Shown piece by piece: positions 41,285 to 55,439 of a stretch of DNA of 64,000 bases. This stretch comes from Eledone cirrhosa (Eukaryota), in assembly GCA_964016885.1 (NCBI GenBank), contig OZ024746.1, positions 28,892,001 to 28,956,000 of the forward strand, read 5' to 3'. A model generated the notes under the pieces. It was not told the DNA's origin. It made no database searches and worked only from the letters and a program-made list of their open reading frames with translations. The position numbers and the translations under genes are program-made. The stretch's first letter is position 1, and every line of letters begins with the position of its first letter.

Positions 41285-42447
41285 TATTGATGGACGTGAG
41301 AATGAGTACTCAATACAGAAGTAGAGTTTTATTTTTGTTTATTATGGCTAAGTGTTGTGTCTTATCAGGTTTAGAAGCGCTCATATATATCACAGGAGAA
41401 TAAACTTTTATATTCACAAGTGTAAATTCATATACACATTGCTGGTTCTGTTAAGGTGCAGGTGATACTCCAGAGTAACAAGAGACACCATAATAACGAC
41501 CAAACTTACAACATTTGAATCTATGGGGTGACGCACGTCATCAGGTTACTGCTGTCTTATTCCGTAGTTTATAATGTATTACTTTCAATTGATTGTGTGT
41601 AGTTTTATATAATTTATCTATGGAAAGTCTTTCAGCAACTCATCCAGCTCCTTAACTACGGATTCTGTTCATTACAAAGCTTTCTTTCTGTAGTAACAAC
41701 TGCAATCTTCTTACTCAATGGCTTTAATTTATCTATGTAATCGTTTCTCGACCAACTCTCATTCAATAAGAAATGCTTTCTCATTGTAACATTTCATACA
41801 TTTAAGTTTCCTCATTTCCATGTCTTCATCGTATTTTAGAAAATGTATCTACCTTTGATACTGATAAAATCTTTCCTTTTTTTTTTAATTGGACAGGTTA
41901 CACTGGTGAGCACGCATCGATCTTGCTTTGTTTGGGACATCGATGACACTAGTGTATACGTTCTTATATTTGATGATGGATTGTCCTCTCTGTTTGCATA
42001 AGTTCGCATTGAAAAGTGGTTTGGAGGCCGATATGGATGGAATGTGTTTAGGTGCAATGTAGTGTAAAGATTGGTGTTCTGTATAAAAACACAAGGTTGC
42101 GTGTTATAAGAAGGGAAACAAGCTTGTAGTATATACTGTGCCAGCAAAGTTTGGAATTTGAAATGTTTATAACGCACGGTAAATAGACAAACAGTGATAC
42201 GAATGTTAGAAAACAAAAACAAATATATCACTAGAATATTCAGATAATTACATTAGTGAGAGATAAACTTAAATTAATTAATTTTGAAATAGAGTGACCT
42301 CTAGTTGATGGGATTAACAATAAGTAAAATTGAACAGGGGTGTGCAGAGTGTTCATGTATGGTGTGAAGGCGCACAGATTTATGATTAAGCCATTGGCCT
42401 TACAATCGTAAGCTGGTAGGTCTGTCCGTTTCATATACATATACAAA

Positions 42448-42552
<105 letters not shown>

Positions 42553-42749
42553 GTATGTGTGTATGTATGTATATATATATGTATGTGTGTATGTATGTAT
42601 ATAAGGTGACAAACCAAAGATAACACTTCAAACCATTTTATTAATTTCAACGAAATACAATCACAAAAACAGAGATAATGATTTGCGGTTTAATTAAGTA
42701 ATTAATCAATCAATGCATTATTAAACAGTAAAACCCCCACCCATCCCCC

Positions 42750-43170
42750 GTGGGATTCCTTTCTTAGACCGTATACTGACGTTTCGATTTTACGGAAGAG
42801 CTCGGCAATACGGGGTCCGAGGACGCATGATGTTTCGACTGCAATCGGTCCAAGAGAAAGCGGCCGGATATGCCCCGTTATTTGCTTGTCTTCCTATCCT
42901 CTGCATTACGGGCATTGGTTCCGCGGTTTGTGGCCGAAACGACTAGATTGGAGGTGGAGAAAGTGTCACACCATGTCGCGTCCTAGATGTGGTATTTACC
43001 TCCTTCGAATGGGGAGAGGGTAATTCCGACGGGGCGTCGGGGCGTCGGGGCGTTTGCCGTCTCCGTAGACGAGGCCTGCTGGATCCAGTTGTGATGGGAA
43101 GCCGGCTGCATTCAGGCCCAGGTTACCTCTCAATATGTGGTTGAGAGCAGCATGTCGGAGGAACCGGCTT
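42750..43170 (-). pseudogene. Restriction-like endonuclease (RLE) domain remnant of a CRE-clade non-LTR retrotransposon
   Basis: Minus translation [68 protein letters not shown]; disrupted by an 8 bp triplication and stops. Confidence 0.75.
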
Positions 43171-43220
43171 GTATGTATGCGTGTATTTATGTAAGTATGT
43201 ATATATATATGTAGTGTATT

Positions 43221-43307
<87 letters not shown>

Positions 43308-43318
43308 GCATGTATATA

Positions 43319-43354
<36 letters not shown>

Positions 43355-43356
<2 letters not shown>

Positions 43357-43549
43357 AACCAGTAAGACCCCGACAGCTGAGCTCAAGCCGTTTCGACGGC
43401 TAATTCTGGACTGGGCGAGAATTAGCCGTCGAAACGGCTTGAGCTCAGCTGTCGGGGTCTTACTGGTTCCTATTACCCACTCTACTACCCCAAGTATTGA
43501 GTACTTTGGTGCGTTATGGTCCACCTGGTTCCTTACCACATTTCCTTCG

Positions 43550-43551
<2 letters not shown>
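43355..43551 (+). mobile_element. Family A hairpin element in (TA)n
   Basis: As other copies, with three variants mirrored in both arms. Confidence 0.85.
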
Positions 43552-43643
<92 letters not shown>

Positions 43644-43644
43644 G

Positions 43645-43728
<84 letters not shown>

Positions 43729-43849
43729 GGAGGTGAGTTTTATTGTAGTACAATAAAGCAAATCAGATATCGGATAAGAAGCACTCTACAGTTTGTGGGA
43801 CTGGAGTATGCATAATATAAGATCAAAAGATGGTTAAAGGAGTTCCATA

Positions 43850-43920
43850 TATTTTATTATGCGCATTTCAAAAACAAACATCATCAAACAATAATATTTG
43901 TGTTTTCATCAGATAAAACA
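43850..43920 (-). ncRNA. Type I minimal hammerhead ribozyme (family B)
   Basis: Mirror of 45929-45999; lies on the element sense strand. Confidence 0.8.
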
Positions 43921-45110
43921 GGAGAACATGATATGAAGGCTAAAAAAACACTTGTTGATAGTGCAGTTTTAAATCAACATATGAAAAGTGGTTTTAGATT
44001 GATGTGTGATATTGGGAAAAATATTTTATTTAGAGAGGGGGGGGAGAAAAGGATGAAAAGGGAAGGAGATGAGAGGGAGAGATGGGTGATAGAGAGAAAG
44101 AGATAGTTTTTATAACTGAGAGGAGATATATTTTATATAGAGGGGTTGAAAACCGTTGGAAGATACTGTATAAATTAAAAATTTTGAAAATTAACGAAGG
44201 GAGGATATGTGCGAGGAAAAAATATTTTATTTAGGGAGGGGGGTTGGAAAGGATGAAAAAAAGGGGAGGAGATGAGAGTGAAGGTGGAAAGGGAGAGATG
44301 GGTGATAGAGAGAAAGAGATAGTTTTTATAACTGAGAAAAAGATATAATGTTTTAATATAGAGAGGTTGGGAACCGTTGGAAGATAATGTATAAATTAAA
44401 GGAATTTGAAAATTAACGAAGGGAAATTATGTATGAAGATAGAGAGAAAAAAATAATAATTTTGGGTGAATATTCTAACGTCAAAAGAAGAAATGTAGGA
44501 ATTTCAAAATTAGCAAAGAGAAAAAGTTTATGTGTAGAAGGATTTGAGAAAAATAATGTGAAGTTAAAGTTTGTATATTGAATTCATATGTATTAATAAT
44601 GAGTTCGTTGATGGGGAGAAAAAAATAATAATAAATTAAGGATGAAATTGAGATTAAAAAGATTTATGATAGAGAGAAAAAATAATAATGATTGCGGATG
44701 AATACTCAAAATGTCAAAACCAATGTTATTGTTTTACGAGAAGATAGAATGAGGGTAATGAGTAAACGAGTATTATAGAGTGTATAATGCCCTTTAAGGT
44801 AAGGTAGATGGGTATATTTTAAAGAATATATGAGTATATATTAAAAAAAAAATATAATAATAAATTAAGGATGAAATTGAGATTAAAAAGATTTATGATA
44901 GAGAGAAAAAATAATAATGATTGCGGATGAATATTCAAAATGTCAAAAACAAATGTTATTGTTTTACGAGAAGATAGAATGAGGGTAATGAGTAAACGAG
45001 TATTATAGAGTGTATAATGCCCTTTAAAGTAAGGTAGATGGGTATATTTTAAAGAGGTGTATGTATATGTGCCTTTGAGAAAAGATTCTAAATTGATAAA
45101 GAATTGAATA

Positions 45111-45373
45111 TTAACTGTATACTTTGTGAAAAGTTCTATGGAATTTATGCAGGCAGATAGAAAACAAATCTGAGCGTCTATTTATTATGGATTCTAGGTT
45201 AGAGATAATGGTAAATTTTTCATTTAGGCAGAGATTACAGATTTTAGATAGAGAGCTGTTCAAGTATGAGGATGCAGAAGAAATCTTTTTCAAAAAGATG
45301 TTATATTTAATGTTTTTGTCTTTTAAGGACCATATGAGTTCTGAGAGAGCAGTGTTAGTTCTTTTAAGTTTGT
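45111..45373 (-). pseudogene. C-terminal part of PLE GIY-YIG endonuclease with CxxC..CxH motif
   Basis: TALSELIWSLKDKNIKY..ICNLCLNEKFTII..INRRSDLFSICLHK. Confidence 0.8.
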
Positions 45374-45928
45374 ATATATATATATAAAATTTTCTCTCTA
45401 TCTTCATACATAATTTCCCTTCGTTAATTTTCAAATTCCTTTAATTTATACATTATCTTCCAACGGTTCCCAACCTCTCTATATTAAAACATTATATCTT
45501 TTTCTCAGTTATAAAAACTATCTCTTTCTCTCTATCACCCATCTCTCCCTTTCCACCTTCACTCTCATCTCCTCCCCTTTTTTTCATCCTTTCCAACCCC
45601 CCCCCTCCCTAAATAAAATATTTTTTCCTCGCACATATCCTCCCTTCGTTAATTTTCAAAATTTTTAATTTATACAGTATCTTCCAACGGTTTTCAACCC
45701 CTCTATATAAAATATATCTCCTCTCAGTTATAAAAACTATCTCTTTCTCTCTATCACCCATCTCTCCCTCTCATCTCCTTCCCTTTTCATCCTTTTCTCC
45801 CCCCCACCCCCCTCTCTAAATAAAATATTTTTCCCAATATCACACATCAATCTAAAACCACTTTTCATATGTTGATTTAAAACTGCACTATCAACAAGTA
45901 TTTTTTTAGCCTTCATATCATGTTCTCC

Positions 45929-45999
45929 TGTTTTATCTGATGAAAACACAAATATTATTGTTTGATGATGTTTGTTTTTGAAATGCGCATAATAAAATA
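45929..45999 (+). ncRNA. Type I minimal hammerhead ribozyme (family B)
   Basis: tgttttat CTGATGA aaacacaaatatt..atgtttgttttt GAAA tgcgca TA ataaaata. Confidence 0.85.
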
Positions 46000-46029
46000 T
46001 ATGGAACTCCTTTAACCATCTTTTGATCT

Positions 46030-46095
<66 letters not shown>

Positions 46096-46107
46096 TTAAT
46101 ATAGATG

Positions 46108-46158
46108 AGATTCTACAGGACTAGAACTGTTTCATTCTTTAGAAATCATCAGGAATCT
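46108..46158 (-). ncRNA. Type I hammerhead ribozyme (family E)
   Basis: Reverse complement of the 36380-36430 motif. Confidence 0.85.
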
Positions 46159-46350
46159 GGGTATCAAAAAATAAGTATGGTATTTATACAAGTGGTAGGA
46201 GAGGGTGGGGAGTGGGATGGGTGTAGGTCATTGGTTGATAGAAAAGGGAATTCATTAAAAGCTAATTCTACAAAGCTATAGTTTATTTTTATTTTTATTT
46301 TTATTTATTTTTGTTTTTAGAGTAACAAAGGCAGACAGAATTCTATAAAC

Positions 46351-46401
46351 AGATTCCTGATGATTTCTAAAGAATGAAACAGTTCTAGTCCTGTAGAATC
46401 T
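46351..46401 (+). ncRNA. Type I hammerhead ribozyme (family E)
   Basis: Identical to 36380-36430. Confidence 0.85.
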
Positions 46402-46541
46402 CATCTATATTAACATTGTTATACTCTGCAATGTATTGAGTACCTTACTTACTGTGGTTACCTCCGATTCAACCCGGAATAACGTATATATATATATATA
46501 TATATTTGTATATATATATATATATATATAAATATATATAT

Positions 46542-46885
46542 GTTAAGTATCTCCGTGAAAAAGGTAAAGGAGAGAAGAGTGTTCTATGCATCATACAGAG
46601 CTACTACTTATGTAATAAACAACACATTATAGGTTAGACGTTTCTAACAGAAACGTCTAATATCGCTCATCAAATGAAATCTGTATTATCATAATAAAGA
46701 AATCTTTATTATCATAATAAAGACTTCATCTGATGAGTGATATCAGGCGTTTCTATTAGAATCGTCTAACTTTGCGAAACCTTGGTTAATGGAATAATTT
46801 TATTGTGTCATTTATTACATAATTAATAGCTCTGTATTATACACAGCGCACTCTTTCCTTTATTTTTTTCACGGAAATACTTAAC
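46542..46885. mobile_element. Diverged palindromic element (family F) with HHR core at 46725-46794 (+)
   Basis: Termini gttaagtat.tccgtgaaaaa / ttttcacggaaatacttaac; ttcat CTGATGA gt..gc GAAA ccttgg TT aatggaa. Confidence 0.6.
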
Positions 46886-46892
46886 ATATATA

Positions 46893-46957
<65 letters not shown>

Positions 46958-47334
46958 GAAAAAGTGGAGAATAACATGGTCAACAATACAAAAAAGGGGA
47001 TTTATTTGCAGTCTAATAATTGTTTCACTGATAGAGTTGTCTAAAAATTGCTGAACACTAAAAGTAGTGCCACTCAATTTTAAGTACGATGTAAACTCTA
47101 TTAGATATTACAGAAAAGGAACATGTATTCAAGATGGAATCAAAAGAGACCTTATGGCGCCATCTTGTTAATTGTAAACTAAGATATAAAATCAATCTAT
47201 GTGAACGGATATCGAACACAAATTATCGATTGAGATTAAACCCCAGCAGACTCAAAAAACTCGTCTGAGGTATAGTTTTTAGCATTCTAATGGAAAAATA
47301 GATAATCACATAATAAACAACCCAATATAATTAT

Positions 47335-47406
47335 ATTCCATTACCAAAGTTTTCAGGAAACAAGACGATCCTTACGGAAACGTCCAGCCCGTTCATCAGA
47401 TGAAAT
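47335..47406 (-). ncRNA. Type I hammerhead (family F) in a palindrome at about 47310-47578
   Basis: Minus: atttcat CTGATGA acgggctggacg..cgtcttgtttcct GAAA actttgg TA atggaat. Confidence 0.6.
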
Positions 47407-47939
47407 AGTTATCTATAACTATTTCATCTGACGAACGGGCTGGAGATTTCTGAAAAGATCGTCTAGTTTCTTTAGTAATGGAATAATTAAATTGTGTTGT
47501 TTATTATAGAGTTAAATAGCTCTGTACTATACATAGAACACTCTTCTTTCCTTTACCTTTACTACGGAAATATTTGACAAACCCTCCATTTCAATTCTAC
47601 TTTTGAAAAGCACAAGAACTGCGAAACGGGTAAAGGAAACAAATAAATATTTTTAAAAAGACTCCAGTTGCATTTTCGATTTCATCTTTTTTCCTCATAC
47701 TTCCACTCGTGTAGGACATCTCGTTTTTTTTTATTTTGTAAAAAAACCTAATTTTCTAATATATATATATATATATATAAATTTTGAGTATATGTCGGTT
47801 GTTTACCGACACCTCAGTATGCAGATTGGAGCTCTCGACGAAGTACGCAGGTTGGTTTGTTTACTCCGGAGTAATGTAAAATAATTAAGTCAAATAGGTA
47901 AAATTTGGCTTCGTTTATTATAAATTATAGATATACTGC

Positions 47940-47991
47940 TACTGCTATATATATTTCGGTGACAGCCATCATTGGCTATGACGTCTTCAGG

Positions 47992-47996
<5 letters not shown>
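47940..47996 (-). ncRNA. Type I minimal hammerhead ribozyme (family G, element about 47780-47996)
   Basis: Minus: tattgc CTGAAGA cgtcatagcca atga tggctgtcacc GAAA tatata TA gcagta. Confidence 0.75.
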
Positions 47997-48044
<48 letters not shown>

Positions 48045-48438
48045 AACACATATATATATATCCATATATCAGTATATTTATGTGTTAATGAGTCTGCTAC
48101 AATTGTTTCTGTTATGTGTGATGTTTCTCTACTCTGCTTATTTATTTCGTTCGCTTTAGTATTTATAGTAATAAATATACTGTTTCTGTTGACTTTGGTT
48201 TGATGTATTTTTTCTTGTCGTCTGTGTTGTATCAATAATTGTCTTCTGTGTTATTTCTTTTTTTTAAACATGGCTGTCCAAACTAATTGTGGATGTACCG
48301 ACATTTCTTCACACGTTCTTTTTATTTATTTCCTTTTTTTGGCTTTTCCAAAGATACCTCGATTTTGTATTAGACTTCAAATTTCTCCATATAATTAGGT
48401 TACGGTAGTATTTTTTATATTTATTATTTATTGGTATT

Positions 48439-48648
<210 letters not shown>

Positions 48649-49504
48649 CTCAGAAAATTCGGATCCATAATATCCTGTTATATCGCTCAAATATTCAATT
48701 TTGTATTATAAATTTTATATTCAAAAAAGAAAATGGTTATAAATGGAAGAAAAAACCCTCTCTGTCTACACTATATAGAACAGCCAAATAACACCAATTT
48801 CACCAACACCACAAACTAGATACACCACCTATCCCATCACCCCTCTGTGTACACTAAATACAACAGCCAGATAACGGCAATTTCACCACCACCACCACCA
48901 ATCCCAGCATAATAATAATAATAATAATTACTATTATTATTGTCTCAAGTTTTCACAAAATGTTTAATTCCAATATTAAGAAATTATGTCAACACATATA
49001 TTAAACATACGCGACAAACCGCATATATACACAGATCAAACAAACTACAGTCTATTCAACAAAACTCAGTAACGACAACGCCATCACTATAGTCACCGCC
49101 GCCACCACTCCATCCATCATTGCTACCACTATCCCATCACCGCCGCCACCACTCTTTCATTGCTACCACCACTATTCCCCCATTACCTTCTGTTAACTTA
49201 AGAAAGGGGAAGGTAGCGGTATCACGAGACAAGGAAGAGGCTAGCAAAAGATATAAATAGATTGACTTAGTGACCCGGCCACCGGCCAAACGTCAACAAC
49301 TATGGCACTGCTGGCTCCCCCCTTCCCCACCAACAATAGAAAAAGCCCCAACATCACCACCGACATAGCCAACAACAATAACAGGCGACTTCAGCAAAAA
49401 GTATATTATATTATTAATAATTTCATTCTTAAGCCACGCAATGCTCACATTAAGGAACCACTCATGATAATAACAATTTTAAAAAAAATAACAAAAAAGA
49501 AAAC

Positions 49505-52500
49505 CCCGTGACCAAGAAATACCGGGTTGGCGGCCGGCGGGGAATAGCCGTGTCTCTAGGGGAGGACGACCTCTCTAGTCTTGGTTGACACTCGTCCTAG
49601 AAGTGGTAACACGAAATGATTACCCCTTGGCGGATAAGGATAAAACGCGACAAAATAAAGTAAATGTCAAATGATAACATCACACTCCGGATCAGCCGTC
49701 ACCCGGGTCAAAAAGGGCCGCGTCCCTCAGAGAGGAACCAGACTGGGGTCGAAAAATCAGCTAATGGTTCAAACCTTCTCATCACTTCGGAGCTGGAGAC
49801 CTCCCATAACCGGAATACTCCTACTGTTGGCCCTCCATGCTCACCACCAAGAAATCGAAAGAAAAAGAGAGAAAAATGGTCAAGGGAAGATAATAAAGAA
49901 GTCCTTGAGGCTTTCTACACTGCCATGTACTACCCATCAAATACATCGAATACAGAACAGACATATATCAACTGGAAAAAGAAACATCCCGAAAACAGAG
50001 GCTATATTGACAGTAACAGACTAGCCAATATACGAAGAAATATTGTAAAAAAAAAAGTTACTAACTGATATAGAAATTGATCAGATCAAGCTATTAGCAC
50101 AAAGTCAGCGAAGGGAAAATGAAACATGTGTCAGTGAAAACGAGGTAAATTGTAACACTTCAAATCCTAGGGTTGGGGCGGAATCACTGACAACAGAACA
50201 AATTAAAGAAAGGATCGAAAAAGTGGAGGGAGTGCAAGATCAAGATGAAACTCGAAATGAAAACAATGAGATAGTAAATGATAAAGAAATGAATGAGAAT
50301 GAACTTGCCAACTTGAAGGATGAAATTATTATCGAATGGATGAAAATGAAAGAATCTGACATGGGGGAAGTAGACACCCTCCCTAAGATCCAGAACTCCA
50401 AACAGAACCAAAGATAATACACAAGACTAACATAATTCTCAAAAAACATTATCATCACAAACAAACTAAACATTACTGATTTAAATCATCTCTATTATGC
50501 ATCGGGTAAAGTAACCACTCACTTATGTGGAGTGAAAATTAAAAAACAAAGGAATTCCCACAAGAAATCTACTTGGCAAGAGAACATCAATCGCCAAATA
50601 AACCTTCTCCGATCTGACATAGAAATTTTAACAAACTATAAAGTAGGTGAACATGTTAAACAAACTAAACTTAGAAAATTGAAAAGAAAGTACAGTATAA
50701 AATCAACAAGTGACATAGACATGCTGATAGAAATAATCAAGCAAAAAGTGTCGGCCAAAGCTGCTCGTATAAGACACTTTGAAAAACGATCTAGATTCTA
50801 TAAGGACAATAATATGTTCAAAAACAACCAAAGAAACTCTACAGAAAAATTGGTAAGTCAACAATAACTGCTAAATCAATACCACCCAAGGAGGAAGTGC
50901 AAGAATTCTGGGAAAAGATCTGGGCCGAAGAAAAAGTTCATAATATACATGCCCCATGGATAGACAGACAAATGAAAGATACAGCTCACCTTGAGGAACA
51001 AATATGGAAAAATATAACAGTTGCGTTTGGCTCTTAGAAAAACCAGCAAATGGAAATCCCCAGGAAAAGACAAAATACAAAATTTTTGGATAAATGCCTT
51101 CACAGAGTCTCATGAGCTGTTAGCCCAACTTTACAATGAAATAGTTAAGGAGACAGAAAAGATACCATCATGGCTAGTTAACGGCATTACATTCCTGCTT
51201 CCGAAGAATGATGAGACAAACAATCCCAAAAATTACAGACCGATAACTTGCTTGACCACAATGTATAAAATTTTAACATCAGTCCTAACTGAATATACAA
51301 ATTATCTATTTCCCATTGAGCAGAAAGGGTGTAAACGAGGCTCATATGGCTGTAAGGATCAGCTTTTGGTTAACAAAATGATACTGGAAGATTGTCATAA
51401 TAGACACAAAATTCTATCAATTGCTTGGATAGATTATAAAAAAGCATTCGATAGTTTGCCACACAGTTGGATTGAAAAATGTCTAGAGATTTTCAAAATA
51501 TCTCCCGTTGTCAGGAGGTTTTTGTCATTCAGTATGAAGACATGGAAAACGACACTCCTTTTGAATAGTGAAACAAAATCACTGGAAGCTGGAGAAGTTA
51601 ATATTAATTGTGGAATTTTTCAGGGTGACTCTTTAGCACCGCTTTTATTCTGCATCGCACTTATACCATTAAGTAAAATGCTCAATGAAACAAAACATGG
51701 ATATAAAGTCTATGACAAAACCATTAATCACTTGTTCTACATGGATGACCTGAAACTATTTGCAAAAAATGATGAACAATTGCAAGGGCTATTATCCACT
51801 GTGGAGCAGTTCAGTGATGACATTAAAATGGAGTTTGGACTAGATAAATGCGCCAAAGCAACGTTCACCAGAGGAAAGCTGCTGAAAAGTTCAGTCATTA
51901 ATCTTGATCGGGGGAATGTGATAAGAGAACTTGATCAAGAGGAAACTTACAAATATCTAGGTGTTTGTGAAGGAGACGGAATCAAGCACTCGACAATGAG
52001 GGAAAGGATAAGGAAGGAATGTTACCGCAGAGTAAGAGCAATCTTAAGAACGGAATTGAATGCAAGGAATAGGATCGGTGCCATAAACACGCTTGCCATA
52101 CCAGTAGTAACCTACAGTTACAATGTAATCAACTGGTCAAGCATAGAGATCCGTAGGCTCGATACAAAAATTCGAAAATTCTTAACCATGCACAGAATGC
52201 ATCACCCTAAGGCAGATACAGATAGAATATATCTCCCTAGGAGAGAAGGAGGACGTGGGTTAATCCAGTTAGACATTGCGTTGAAAACTGCAACAATTGG
52301 ATTATCTACATATCTAAGGGAATCACATGATTGGATGATCAAACTCGTTTTGAAACACGAAAGCATCAAAAGATCATACTCCATTACAAAAGATGCACAA
52401 AGATACAGTAATGGACTACAAATTTCAGAAGTCCCATTTACTGCTGATATGGAAAACACAGAAAAAGCAAAGCAGGTAAAAGTAACTGCAAAGAAAGAAC

Positions 52501-52728
52501 TGCTACAGAAACTGGCTAAGAAATGGCAAGAAAAGCCTCTGTATGGAAAATACCCAGAACGAGCTAACAATCCTGATGTTGACAAAACTTTAACCCATCA
52601 GTGGTTGGCATCCTCTGGACTGAAATCGGAGACTGAAGGACTGATTATATCAGCACAAGATCAGTGTCTGCCAACAAAAAATTACCAAGCCAACATAATA
52701 AAAAATGGATGCATCCCATTATGCCGTG
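49505..52728 (+). mobile_element. R4/Dong-like (RLE-class) non-LTR retrotransposon, frameshifted and 3'-truncated
   Basis: N-terminal REKWSREDNKEVLEAFY; RT motifs [51 protein letters not shown]; ends at the first zinc-knuckle cysteines. Confidence 0.85.
51021..52728 (+). pseudogene. Reverse transcriptase domain of the R4/Dong-like element
   Basis: ~570 codons open with all RT motifs; upstream ORF pieces 49664-50068, 50223-50417 and 50532-50867 are separated by frameshifts or stops. Confidence 0.85.
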
Positions 52729-52863
<135 letters not shown>

Positions 52864-53379
52864 CAACATGGCTGCAACTCAATCAAGCTGAAAAGGACAC
52901 TCTTCGACAAACCTACACTTGGCGCGATACCAGCTCGCGCTAAAATCAATTTAAACATTCACCGACCAATCAAAATCGTTTTGACTACAAGAATTTCTGC
53001 AACACGAATTGGCGCGAAATTTATAGTGCTTATTCACGTGACATTCAACAACCAACCAAATCTTAATGCCTCCCAAGCCACTTTATTCATATAAAACAGG
53101 AAGAATGTCCAAAACTGATCAGATTAGAGCAAAAATCACGAGCATTATATCTCAAAATTATTTTTGAAAAGCATAAGAATGTGCAACCGGTAAAAACTTA
53201 AAACTAAAACTGAATACTAACTAATACTTATTACTAATGTATACTTATTCCTAATTAAACTATTTTTCACTGGGAAAAATTTGTCAGCATTTTCTTTTCC
53301 TTTTTACTAATATATCACAACTCGTGTGTCACACTTCTATTTTTTTTAAAATATATATATATATATGACCCTTTACAAT

Positions 53380-53520
53380 CTGAATTCAAATGCAGCCAAG
53401 GTTAGCTTTCCCTTTCATCATTACGTGGTCGATTAAATAAACTACCAGTAAGTACTGGAGTCGTTTAAATCGACTTTCTTCTCCCCTTCAACTTACTGGC
53501 CTTGTGCCTAAAGTAGAAAC
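53380..53520 (+). mobile_element. tRNA-derived SINE copy (diverged)
   Basis: gaattcaaatgc.gccaaggttagctttccctttcatc..gtcgat..taccagta..ggccttgtgcctaaagtagaaac. Confidence 0.65.
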
Positions 53521-53994
53521 AATTTTTCATATTATTAGTGATATTTTTATATAATGTATCCGTTCAATAACCAAATACAGTAAAGATCACACTTAATGAA
53601 CCGAAGAAAAACTATTCATCAAATTATATATATATATGTACACACACACACACGCATATATACATATATATATATACATATATATATGTATATATATATG
53701 TATATATATGTATATATGTGTGTTGACGTTCTCGTGAACAACTTTATAACTTTGCCCGGTTATATAATATAGACGTTCAATATAGGAATTCAATGTTAAG
53801 ATTTACACTTATTAAACCGGTGAATGTATAGGAATGTGTATGAATACATGCATATTTGTATATATGTTTATACATACATATTTACATATATATACGTACA
53901 CACACGTACATATATCACATATACATACACACACGCAAACACACACAAATATATATATATACATCAATATATACATCAATATATGTATAACGTG

Positions 53995-54048
<54 letters not shown>

Positions 54049-54051
54049 TAC

Positions 54052-54148
<97 letters not shown>

Positions 54149-54540
54149 TGCGTGCGTGTGTGCGTAAGTCTTTATATATATATATATATGCTTAAGAATG
54201 TGTGTGTTTTTTTTCGTTTACTCTGAATGTTGGTAAAGATGATGATGATGATGTCGGCGTATGTGATGGCGTAGATGATGGTAAGAATCCAGTTATTGTG
54301 TAATATAATAGTAAATTCAATTTTTGCAGAAATGATTTCATAAGTGAATTTCTATAAACAGAGAGTTCGGCATTCATTGGGTCTCACAGATCGAATTGTA
54401 ACGTGAATATTGCAAAAGTATTTAGAATGTAACAAGCGCCGCCGGAAATTATTATGTGAGATGTAATATTGTTATTAGACGGTAAAACTCGTAAGGAAGT
54501 GTGTGTTAGATACACACACACACATACATACACGCCGCAC

Positions 54541-54601
<61 letters not shown>

Positions 54602-54760
54602 TGTGTGTGTGAGTGTGTGTGTGTATGAATGTTGTTTTATGAATGTATGTATGTGTGTTTCTCTCTATATATATACTATATATATATATATATGTGTGTG
54701 CGTGTGTGTGTGTAAGTGTGATTGTGTGAGTATGTATGTGTGTATAAGCGTTGTTGTATC

Positions 54761-54837
<77 letters not shown>

Positions 54838-55143
54838 TCTTTTACTCTTTTACCTGTTCCAGCCATACGGCTGAGGCCATGCTGGGGCACCTCCCTTATA
54901 TGTGTATATATATATATATATATTTGTGTGTGTGTATTTGTGTAGTCTGATACTTCTAAGCTTTTATTAAGTTTAAGAAACTAAATTAGAGATGTAGGGA
55001 TGAAATAGTTGAGTTGTTAACGTGACTGAAAATATACGAGTTTATGTCAACATCGCAAACACATTTACTATACTTATGTATATTCATCAATATGCACCCA
55101 CAGAAATACATACAGTTTTACACATGTATAGACCCCCCCCCCC

Positions 55144-55224
<81 letters not shown>

Positions 55225-55439
55225 TTATGTATGTTTGTATGTGTACGTTTAACTACGATTACATTCCATATATTGGTGATGGGTGCGCACACGAATACTA
55301 GCAGTCAAAACGTTTCTCCGAAGAGTGCGTAGCTCAGAAATCAGAGAATCGCTCTAGGTAGAGCCGCAACTTCTCAGAATTGACTGATCACAGCTCTGAC
55401 ATTATGGACATGTGATTAAATTGTCTCAGGAAAGTGTCG

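Larger units (their letters stand above)
43726..46036 (-). mobile_element. 5'-truncated Penelope-like element (family B) with ~640 bp inverted pseudo-LTR
   Basis: Arms about 43812-44450 and 45390-46036; GIY-YIG C-terminus between them; internal ~190 and ~230 bp tandem duplications; flanked by (TA)n. Confidence 0.85.
46093..46484 (+). mobile_element. Family E foldback element in (TA)n with an HHR in each arm
   Basis: Arms about 46096-46159 and 46350-46413; tail matches 36440-36516 and 60100-60175. Confidence 0.8.

Noticed and set aside
41540-41850. Degenerate minus-strand reading frame, possibly TE-derived
   Set aside because: Many stops and no recognisable motif
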